Assembly: GCA_041394605.1 (NCBI GenBank)
Contig: JAWKHX010000010.1
Coordinates: forward strand, 86,223-110,222
Reading direction: 5' to 3'
DNA from: Ilumatobacteraceae bacterium
GTDB lineage: Bacteria > Actinomycetota > Acidimicrobiia > Acidimicrobiales > Ilumatobacteraceae
DNA length: 24,000 nt
The notes below the pieces were generated by a model. The model was not told the DNA's origin, searched no databases, and saw only the letters and a list, made by a program, of their open reading frames with translations. The position numbers were made by a program, and so were the translations under genes. This document shows positions 6,648 through 13,466 of this stretch, in pieces. Position 1 is the first letter of the stretch; each line of letters opens with the position of its first letter.

Positions 6648-6701
6648 GGGGGAGGGGGAGTGAGGGAGAGAGAGGGAGAGAGGGGGAGAGGGGGAGAGGG
6701 A
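6648..6701 (+). repeat. polypurine (GA) tract with seven G-runs; G-quadruplex and H-DNA forming potential
   Basis: gggggagggggag-t-gagggagagagagggagagagggggagagggggagaggga: 13 purines, one T, then 40 uninterrupted purines (6662-6701). G-runs of 5,5,3,3,5,5,3 are separated by 1,5,7,5,3,3 nt. A 17-nt mirror repeat gagggggagagggggag lies at 6680-6696. Confidence 0.7.
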
Positions 6702-6740
6702 CAGCGCAACGTCGAGCGGGTGGCCCACGGAGCGGGCCGG

Positions 6741-7898
6741 TCAGGCCGGGCGACGCTGGGTGAGGACCGCCACCACGCACAACGCCGGCACCACCAGCAT
6801 CCCGTACTGCAGACCGACCACGTCGGCCAGCACGCCGAGCGCCAGTGGCCCGGCGGTGACGGCGACCCCGGAGGCCAGCGCGCAGAACGCCCCCATCGAC
6901 ACCGAGTCCTGACGGTGGCCGACGGCGCTGTAGAAGCGGTCGACGGTCAGCGGGTACAGCGGCGCGGCGCCGAAGCCGATCAGCGCCAGCCCGGCGACCC
7001 GCACGGCCAGGCCGGGCCCGGTGACCATCAGCACGGCGCCGAGGGCGGTGACCACGTACCCGAGGGGCAGCGTCCACCGCTCGCTGCGACGGAGGAACGC
7101 CGGCACGGCCAGACGGGACACGAACATCATCACGCCGAAGACGCAGGAGAGGGCTGGTGCCGCCCCGTCCGACGCGCCGCCGACCTCGTGCAGGTAGACC
7201 ACCGCCCACACGCCCGGCGTGAAGTCGACGAGGGCGGCGTTGATCAGGTGCAGCCAGGGGTGGAGCACCTCGCGGTCGAGGAAGCCGGCGATGCGGAACC
7301 GGCCGTGGCGCTCGCCCGCCGGCAGGACCGCCCGCCGGCCCACCGCCACCAGGGCGACGAGGCACACGACGGTGAGGCCGAGGTAGGGGATCCGCCACGA
7401 CCAGCCGGTCGCGATCGCGGCACCGATCAGCAGGGCGAAGGCCACGCCGACCGCACCGGGCACGGCGTTGACGGCGGCGAACGCGGCCGCCCGATGCTCG
7501 CCGTGGTGGTCGCTGATGATGCCGGGCATCAGCATCACCAGCAGGGCCCCACCGAGGCCGCTCATCACGGTGCCGGCCAGGGTGACCGGCCACGCCGGAC
7601 CGAGGACGAACACCGTGACGCCCACACCGACCAGCGAGACGGCGATGATCGTCGCCGTGCGCCGGCCCACGCGGTCAATGGCCCGCACGCCGAACGCGCC
7701 GCTGACCAGCAGCCCGATGCCGAACGTGCTGCCGTGCAGGGCGGCCACCACCCCGGAGAGGTGGAACTGCTCGCGCAGCTCCCCGAGGACCACGCCGATG
7801 CTGAGGGCGCAGACCAGCACCGCATAGCCGACCGCCGAGGCGTAGGTCAGGCGGTCCCAACGGAAGCGGGAGGGAGCGACCTCGGGTGCGGTGAGCAT
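6741..7898 (-). CDS. MFS transporter (385 aa)
   Basis: ORF 6741..8414 trimmed to ATG 7898 (MLTAPEVAPSRFRWDRLTYASAVGYAVLV). Hydrophobic helices throughout. MFS motif A, G-x3-D-R-x-G-R-R, appears as GVRAIDRVGRRTA. Confidence 0.88.
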   Translation of the reverse strand: MLTAPEVAPSRFRWDRLTYASAVGYAVLVCALSIGVVLGELREQFHLSGVVAALHGSTFGIGLLVSGAFGVRAIDRVGRRTATIIAVSLVGVGVTVFVLGPAWPVTLAGTVMSGLGGALLVMLMPGIISDHHGEHRAAAFAAVNAVPGAVGVAFALLIGAAIATGWSWRIPYLGLTVVCLVALVAVGRRAVLPAGERHGRFRIAGFLDREVLHPWLHLINAALVDFTPGVWAVVYLHEVGGASDGAAPALSCVFGVMMFVSRLAVPAFLRRSERWTLPLGYVVTALGAVLMVTGPGLAVRVAGLALIGFGAAPLYPLTVDRFYSAVGHRQDSVSMGAFCALASGVAVTAGPLALGVLADVVGLQYGMLVVPALCVVAVLTQRRPA

Positions 7899-7947
7899 CG
7901 GTTCGAGTTTCGCAGCGGGCGGCGACGTTGCCACGGTGGATTTCGAC

Positions 7948-8374
7948 TCAGTCGGCGAGGCGGCTGTCCACCCGGGTGCCGGCTTCGATGGTGCGGCTGA
8001 CGGTGCACAGGCGGTCGTGCGAGCGCGTGATGGCGTCCGGCAGGCGGCAGCGGCGCGGCCCTGCCGGCCTCGTCGTCGGGGAACGTCACCCGGAACGTCA
8101 CGGTGAGGTCGGTCATCCGGTGACCGGTGTCGTCGCTGAGCTTCTCGCCGGCGCCCTCGACCTCGAACTGCAGCGGCTCGGACCGCTTGGTGGTGATGAT
8201 CCAGTCCACGTCGATCGCCGTGCACCCCGCCATCGCTGCCAGCATCAGTTGGACGGGCGTGAACGTGGCGGCCGGGTCGTCGCCGAACTCCAGCGTGGCG
8301 CCCTCGCCGTTGGTGGCCCGGTACCGGCCGCGACGGACGCGCTCGATGCGGACGGAACGGTGGGTGTCGCTCAC
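7948..8374 (-). pseudogene. OsmC/Ohr-family peroxiredoxin-like protein, reading frame broken as given
   Basis: GTG 8374..8372 overlaps the helicase stop 8373..8371 (GTGA). The N-terminal frame reads VSDTHRSVRIERVRRGRYRATNGEGATLEFGDDPAATFTPVQLMLAAMAGCTAIDVDWIITTKRSEPLQFEVEGAGEKLSDDTGHRMTDLTVTFRVTFPDDEAGRAA, which includes the first conserved Cys. The family C-terminus LPDAITRSHDRLCTVSRTIEAGTRVDSRLAD-stop (TGA 7950..7948), with the second conserved Cys, lies in the +1 frame. 8374..7948 is 427 nt, not a multiple of 3. Confidence 0.7.
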
Positions 8375-10332
8375 CACTTGCCTCCCTTGCCACGGTTGGG
8401 CCGGTCGCCCCCACGGCCGGGCCGGTCGCCGCCGCGGGTGGGGCGCTCGGTCCAACCCGGTCGGTCGGTGCGCGGCCCGCGGTCGTCGCGGTCGCCGTAG
8501 GACGTCCGCCGCTGGCCGCGGTGGCCCTGCTTGGCCGGCCGGTCGCCGCCGTTGTCCGTGTAGCGGCGCACCGTGGGCGTGCGGCCGCGGATCATCGTGT
8601 TGCGCAAGGCATCGATGACGCCGTCGGCGCGGTCCTCCGGCACGCCGACCACGGCGTACAGGTCGGTGATGCGGATCGGCCCGATCTGGCGACCCTCGAG
8701 ATCCGTCTCGTTGGCAATCGCGCCCACCAGGTCGCCGGGGCGAAGGCCAGCCTTGCGGCCGATGCCCACATACACGAACCCGGTGTCGCCCTGGTCGGCC
8801 GGGCTGCGGTTGCCGCGGTCGTCGCGGGTCATCCGATCCGAGCGGGTGCCGCGATCCGGCCGGTCGCCACGGTCCTCGCGCTCCCGCCGCTGCATGCGCT
8901 CCGAGAGGTCGGGGATCTCGTTCTCGTCGGTGGTGTTGCCGGCAGCCTCGTGGAACAGGCGGATGGCGGCCAGCGCGATCTCGCGCAGGTCGGCGTCGCC
9001 CTTCAGCGCGTGCAGCACCGGCTCGTACTCGTGCAGGTCGTCGGCCGCCAGGGCCTCGCGCACCGACGTGACCGTCTGGTCCAGTTGAGCGGCGCGCAGA
9101 TCGGCGATGGTCGGCACCTTCTCGATGGCGATGGTCTGCTTGGTGAGCTGCTCGATGTTGCGCAGCAGGCGCTGCTCGCGGGGCTCGGCCAGCGTGATGG
9201 CCACACCCTCGCGGCCGGCCCGGCCGACGCGGCCGATGCGGTGCACGTAGCTCTCCGGCGCCGACGGCACGTCGTAGTTGACCACGTGCGTGAGGGTGTC
9301 CACGTCCAGCCCTCGTGCGGCCACGTCGGTGGCCACCAGCAGGTCGGCGGTGCCATCGCGCAGGCGGCCCATCACTCGGTCGCGTTGGGCCTGGTCCATG
9401 CCGCCGTGCAGCGCCTCGGCGCGGTAGCCGCGGGCGTTCATCGTCTCGGTCAGCTGGTCCACCTCGGTGCGGGTGCGGCAGAACACCAGCGCACCACCGG
9501 GAGCCTCGATGTCCAGCACCCGGCCGAGCGCCGCCGGCTTGTGCACCCGCGGCACCACGAACGCCACCTGGCGGACCTTGCCCATGCTGGCCTTCGTGTC
9601 GCCCTTGGTGACGTTGATGCGCACCGGGTCGGTGAGGTGCTTCTTGGCGATGGCCGTGATGCGCGGCGGCATCGTGGCGGAGAACATCACCGTCTGCCGG
9701 CCGGGGGACAGCACGTCGGTGTCGGCGTTCTCGATCGCGTCGAGGATCGTCTCGATGTCTTCGGCGAACCCCATGTCCAGCATCTCGTCGGCCTCGTCGA
9801 GCACGACCATGCGGATCCCGCCGAGCGGCAGCGAGCCGCGGCCGATGTGGTCCAGCACGCGACCCGGCGTGCCCACCACGATGTGCACCCCGCGGTCCAG
9901 TGCCTGCAGCTGCTTGTAGATCGGCTGCCCGCCGTAGACCGGGGTGCTGGCGGCACCGAGGCGGCGGCCGTAGCGGAACAGTGCCTCGTTCACCTGCATG
10001 GCCAGCTCGCGGGTGGGTACGAGCACGAGCGCCAGCGGGGCGCCGGGCCGGCCCTCCACCAGTTGCAGGGCGGGGAGGGCGAACGCCGCCGTCTTGCCGG
10101 TGCCGGTGGCCGCCTGGCCCACCAGGTCGTGCCCGGCCAGCAGGTGGGGGATGGTCTCGCGCTGGATCGGCGTGGGCTCTTCGTAGCCCAGCTCGTCGAG
10201 CGCCAGGAGCAACTCCTCGCGCAGCCCGAGATCGGCGAATCCTGCCGTCTCCTGCTCGACGTCGCCGTCGTTCTCGATGTCCACGGGGATCACTTCCGTC
10301 CACTGCTCGCCGCCGGGCGTTCCGGGGGTCAC
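8371..10332 (-). CDS. deaD: DEAD-box ATP-dependent RNA helicase with DbpA-type RNA-binding domain and an Arg/Gly/Asp-rich tail (653 aa)
   Basis: Q motif GYEEPTPIQ, motif I AATGTGKT, Ia PTRELA, II VLDEADEML, III FSATMP, VI HRIGRVGRAGR. C-terminal GFVYVGIGRKAGLRPGDLVGAIANE...IRITDLYAVVGVP, then a GGDRPGRGGDRPNRGKGGKW tail. The start is GTG 10332; an internal GTG a few codons in cannot be excluded. Confidence 0.9.
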   Translation of the reverse strand: MTPGTPGGEQWTEVIPVDIENDGDVEQETAGFADLGLREELLLALDELGYEEPTPIQRETIPHLLAGHDLVGQAATGTGKTAAFALPALQLVEGRPGAPLALVLVPTRELAMQVNEALFRYGRRLGAASTPVYGGQPIYKQLQALDRGVHIVVGTPGRVLDHIGRGSLPLGGIRMVVLDEADEMLDMGFAEDIETILDAIENADTDVLSPGRQTVMFSATMPPRITAIAKKHLTDPVRINVTKGDTKASMGKVRQVAFVVPRVHKPAALGRVLDIEAPGGALVFCRTRTEVDQLTETMNARGYRAEALHGGMDQAQRDRVMGRLRDGTADLLVATDVAARGLDVDTLTHVVNYDVPSAPESYVHRIGRVGRAGREGVAITLAEPREQRLLRNIEQLTKQTIAIEKVPTIADLRAAQLDQTVTSVREALAADDLHEYEPVLHALKGDADLREIALAAIRLFHEAAGNTTDENEIPDLSERMQRREREDRGDRPDRGTRSDRMTRDDRGNRSPADQGDTGFVYVGIGRKAGLRPGDLVGAIANETDLEGRQIGPIRITDLYAVVGVPEDRADGVIDALRNTMIRGRTPTVRRYTDNGGDRPAKQGHRGQRRTSYGDRDDRGPRTDRPGWTERPTRGGDRPGRGGDRPNRGKGGKW

Positions 10333-10345
10333 TCAACGATAGAGG

Positions 10346-13300
10346 TCAGCGGGTGGCGCACCTCGTGAGGGCGTCGTGCAAGGCGTCACACAGCAGGTCG
10401 GCATGGTCCCGCCCGAACACGATCGGCGGCTTGATCTTCAGCACATTGTCGGCCGGCCCGTCGGTGGAGACGAGCACGCCGTGGTCGCGGGCGTGGTTGG
10501 CCACGTCGGCCGCCAGGGCGGTGGCCGGTGCCTTCGTCGCCCGGTCGGTCACGAGGTCGACGCCCACGTACAAGCCCGGGCCGCGCACGTCGCCGATCGC
10601 GTCGTGCTCGGCGGCCAGCGCCCGCAGGCGACCGGTGAGATGGGCGCCGGTGTGGAGCGCGTTGGCCACCAGCCCCTCCGCTTCGATCACGTCCAGCACC
10701 GCCATGCCCGCCGCACAGCTGACCGGGTTGCCGCCAAAGGTGTTGAACCACTCCATCCCGTTGGCGAACGCCGCGGCGAGTGCCGGCGTGGTGACCACGG
10801 CGCCGAGCGGATGGCCGTTGCCGATCGGCTTGCCCAGGGTGACGATGTCGGGCACCACGCCCGAGCCCTCCAGTTGGGACTGGAAGGCCCACAGGTGGGT
10901 GCCGACCCTGCCGAAGCCGACCTGCACCTCGTCGGCGATGGTGACCGCGCCCGCAGCGTTCGCGGCACGGAACGCCGCCGCCAGGTAGCCGTCGGGGAAC
11001 GCCACCTGGCCACCGCACCCGCTGATGCTCTCGGCCAGGAAGGCGGCGGCGCCGCTGTGCTCCGCGACCGCCCGCTCGCAGGCCGCCGCGACCGAGGTGG
11101 CGTAGGCCGGGCCATCGGCGCCGTGCGCGCCGCGGTAGGGGTCGGGCAGGTCGGCGAGGTGGGTGTGCGCCGGGCGGCCGGCGCCGCCCTTGCGGTTGAA
11201 CTTGTATGCGCTGACGTCCACCAGCGCGGCCGTGTTGCCGTGGTACCCCCAGTCCAGCGCCACCACGTCACGCCGACCGGTGGCCGTGCGGGCGATCCGC
11301 AGCGCCAGCTCGTTGGCCTCGCTGCCGGAGTTGGTGAGGAACACCACGCTGAGCGGGTCGGGGAAGAGGGCCGCCAGCCGCTCCGCGTAGTCGAGGATCG
11401 TCCGGTGCAGGTAGCGGGTGTTGGTGTTCAGCACGGCCGCCTGGCGGGCGATGGCCTCGACCACGTGCGGGTGGGCATGGCCGACGTGGGCGACGTTGTT
11501 CACGCAGTCGAGGAAGCCGCGGCCGGTGTGGTCGTACAGCCAGACGCCGTCGCCGCGCACGATGCTGAGCGGGCGTCGGTAGCTGACCGAGAGGGATGGC
11601 CCGAGGTCGGCGCGCCGGCGGGCGGCGAGCACGTCGGGGGTGTCGGCAGCTCGGTCCTCCCACGTCTCCGGCGCCAGCCGCAGCAGCAGGTCCGCGTTGG
11701 GGACGATGCTGCGCCAGACGTGCATGCGGCTGGGCTCGCCGGCGCCCTCGAAGTTGCCGTCGGGTTGTGCGTCGGCCTCGCCCCAGCGCTCCAGCAGCAG
11801 CGTGGTCATCACTTGCAGGTGCGTGTGTGGTGCCCAGCCACCGTTCACGGTGTGGTCGCCCACGAACCCCACGACATCCCCGGGGGCGACCTGCTGCCCC
11901 GGGCGGACCGTGGTCAACGTGGCGCGGGACAGGTGGCCGTACAGCACCCAGAAGGGAGTGCCGGTGGGCGTCTCGTGGCGGAGGATCACCGTCGGGCCGT
12001 AGTCGTAGGCCGCGGCGTTGTCCACCACGGTCTCCACCGTGCCGGGCAGCATCGCCCGCACCGGGGTGTTCACGTCGACGAACAGGTCGATGCCGGTGTG
12101 GACGGAGCGCGGCTCGGGGGCGTCGGTGGTGAACTGCTCGCCGGCATAGCAGGCGCGGTCCTCGTCGTAGCGGCCGAGGGCCACGACGGCGTCGGCCGCA
12201 GCCATCTCGCCGCGGATCCACTCCCATGCCGCCACAGGGTCGGTGATCGCCGTGAGCGGGGCGTCGCCGGCGAGGCTGACCACCACCCGCGCGGCGGTGC
12301 GCAGGTCGAACGGCAACGGGCCGGCCGGGCAGCAGGCGGCGGTGTCGCCCAGCCACGCCGTGATCTCCGGCTGTTGCGGCACCGGTGGCAGCCCGGCGGC
12401 GGCACGGGCGCAGGCCCGCAGGAACTCGGGCTTGGTCGCCGTGATCCGCCGCAGCAGGCGCAGGGCCGGCGCCTGCGACACGAGGAGGTAGCCGTTGTCG
12501 GGGAACTGGCGGCTGCGGTGCGAGGACACCGCGACGCTGACGGCCAGGCGGGTGGCCACCAACTCCCACAGCACGTGCAGTTCGCCCTCGGTGAGGGGGA
12601 ATTCGGCGGTGTACCCGGCGATCACCTCCGTGGCGGCGGCCACCACGTCCGTCACGTCCAGCAGCGCGTATGCCAGCGTGACGGCCAGTTCGTTCACCTG
12701 GCGGGCCCAGGCCATGTCGCCGAAGTCGATCAGGCCGCTGACGGCGCCGCCGTCCACGAGCACGTTCCAGTCGTTGGCGTCACCGTGCACGACGGCCGCC
12801 CGCAGCCCGGCCAGGCGCGGCACCACCTCCCGCCGGTGGCGGGCGAACACGCCGGCCACCATGGCCCGGTCGGCCTCGTCGGCGATGTCCGCCACCCAGG
12901 GCTCCACCGCGGCCGCGTCGTCCAGGTTCCACAGGAAGCCGGGCCGGTGCGCGGCCGGGTGCCCGAACCCCTGCAGTGCGGCGGACACCCGGCCCATGAA
13001 CGAGCCCAACGAGCGGCGCAGGGCGGGCGTGTGCGTGGCCTCGGCGTATGGCGTGCCGTCCAGCCAGGTGACGGCTCGCAGCAGGTGGCCGTCGAACTGC
13101 ACCACCCCGGGCTCCACGAGGCGGGGCAGCGGCAGGTCGGGTGCCACCGCGGCCAGGTGTCGGAGCGCGGCCGACTGCAGGTCCAGCGTCGCTGCATCCT
13201 CCGCGGCATGGGCCACCTTCACCACGTGCCCGCCGATGCGCAGGTTCTGGTCCCGCTCGCTCGCCAGCCCGGTGACCTCGCCGGTGACCCCGAAGGTGTC

Positions 13301-13366
13301 GGCCGCGAGCGCGGCAATCCGCTCCGGCGGAAGTGAGGGCGGCGGTGAGTCGAACACGGTGCTCAT
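10346..13366 (-). CDS. tri-domain fusion: APH-type (hydroxylysine-kinase-like) kinase / M23 metallopeptidase domain / class-III PLP enzyme of the ETNPPL-PHYKPL phospho-lyase type (1006 aa)
   Basis: ORF 10346..13660 trimmed to ATG 13366 (MSTVFDSPPPSLPPERIAAL); the upstream 98 codons overlap the KAS III gene. Kinase (aa ~20-300): HGDANDWN (HxDxxxxN), LIDFGD. M23 (aa ~395-525): HTGID (HxxxD), YGHL, PHTHLQ (HxH). PLP domain (aa ~590-1006): NVAHVGHAHP, LNTNTRYLH, TNSGSEANE, IADEVQVGFGRVG, TLGKPIGNGHP (PLP Lys), NTFGGNPVS, VLKIKPP. Confidence 0.9.
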   Translation of the reverse strand: MSTVFDSPPPSLPPERIAALAADTFGVTGEVTGLASERDQNLRIGGHVVKVAHAAEDAATLDLQSAALRHLAAVAPDLPLPRLVEPGVVQFDGHLLRAVTWLDGTPYAEATHTPALRRSLGSFMGRVSAALQGFGHPAAHRPGFLWNLDDAAAVEPWVADIADEADRAMVAGVFARHRREVVPRLAGLRAAVVHGDANDWNVLVDGGAVSGLIDFGDMAWARQVNELAVTLAYALLDVTDVVAAATEVIAGYTAEFPLTEGELHVLWELVATRLAVSVAVSSHRSRQFPDNGYLLVSQAPALRLLRRITATKPEFLRACARAAAGLPPVPQQPEITAWLGDTAACCPAGPLPFDLRTAARVVVSLAGDAPLTAITDPVAAWEWIRGEMAAADAVVALGRYDEDRACYAGEQFTTDAPEPRSVHTGIDLFVDVNTPVRAMLPGTVETVVDNAAAYDYGPTVILRHETPTGTPFWVLYGHLSRATLTTVRPGQQVAPGDVVGFVGDHTVNGGWAPHTHLQVMTTLLLERWGEADAQPDGNFEGAGEPSRMHVWRSIVPNADLLLRLAPETWEDRAADTPDVLAARRRADLGPSLSVSYRRPLSIVRGDGVWLYDHTGRGFLDCVNNVAHVGHAHPHVVEAIARQAAVLNTNTRYLHRTILDYAERLAALFPDPLSVVFLTNSGSEANELALRIARTATGRRDVVALDWGYHGNTAALVDVSAYKFNRKGGAGRPAHTHLADLPDPYRGAHGADGPAYATSVAAACERAVAEHSGAAAFLAESISGCGGQVAFPDGYLAAAFRAANAAGAVTIADEVQVGFGRVGTHLWAFQSQLEGSGVVPDIVTLGKPIGNGHPLGAVVTTPALAAAFANGMEWFNTFGGNPVSCAAGMAVLDVIEAEGLVANALHTGAHLTGRLRALAAEHDAIGDVRGPGLYVGVDLVTDRATKAPATALAADVANHARDHGVLVSTDGPADNVLKIKPPIVFGRDHADLLCDALHDALTRCATR

Positions 13367-13395
13367 GACCCCGCCGACGCTACGCCCTCCCCGAA

Positions 13396-13442
13396 CTTGT
13401 CGCGGCCCTGACCGGAGGATTCCGTGGTCGGGCCGCGACAAG
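13396..13442. promoter_or_regulatory. 13-bp perfect inverted repeat CTTGTCGCGGCCC-N21-GGGCCGCGACAAG in the 100-bp divergent intergenic region (candidate shared operator)
   Basis: Read directly: arms at 13396-13408 and 13430-13442. The spacer holds a further GACC/GGTC pair and a GGAGGA. TANNNT boxes flank it: TAGGGT 13453-13458, 8 nt before GTG 13467 on plus; TAGCGT (plus acgcta 13377-13382) 10 nt before ATG 13366 on minus. Confidence 0.5.
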
Positions 13443-13466
13443 GTGGGGTGAGTAGGGTGGGCAACC

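Noticed and set aside
6351-6728. 125-aa minus-strand ORF across the spacer (MGHPLDVALSLSPSPPLSLSLPHSPSP...), which could be read as a Ser/Pro/Leu repeat protein
   Set aside because: The repeat is just the translation of the GA/CT tract. The rest lacks coding-like third-position bias (many CGA, AAT and AGA codons), and there is no ribosome-binding site. I treat it as non-coding.
7899-7913. GGTTCGAGT, and GTTCGATT at 6439, resemble tRNA T-loop sequences, which hinted at a tRNA gene or a tRNA-derived att site
   Set aside because: There is no complementary T-stem, acceptor stem or anticodon arm around either site. The copies at 6439 and 6607 are inverted rather than direct, and no integrase is nearby.
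8393-8520. Repeated GGGCCGGTCGCC-type units that look like a tandem DNA repeat
   Set aside because: They lie inside the helicase CDS and encode its low-complexity GGDRPGRGGDRPNRG tail. This is coding low complexity, not an independent repeat element.
10376-13336. 986-aa ORF on the plus strand, antisense to the fusion gene; the same phenomenon gives 8521..10368 (+, 615 aa), 15757..18264 (+, 835 aa), 17691..20504 (+, 937 aa), 18157..20787 (-, 876 aa), 4940..6310 (+), 6114..8000 (+), 13470..15128 (-) and 14981..16624 (-)
   Set aside because: These are shadow ORFs typical of very GC-rich DNA. They are Arg/Gly/Pro/Ala/His-dominated with no recognisable motifs. Each overlaps a gene on another frame or strand that carries clear family motifs and the expected G/C third-position bias.
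13414-13426. Perfect GGAGGA followed 4 nt later by GTG 13424, opening a 570-aa ORF (13424..15136)
   Set aside because: The ORF is out of frame with, and fully overlaps, the well-supported KAS III and lipoprotein genes. It is Arg/Gly-rich shadow. The GGAGGA lies in the spacer of the 13-bp inverted repeat and is more likely part of that element.
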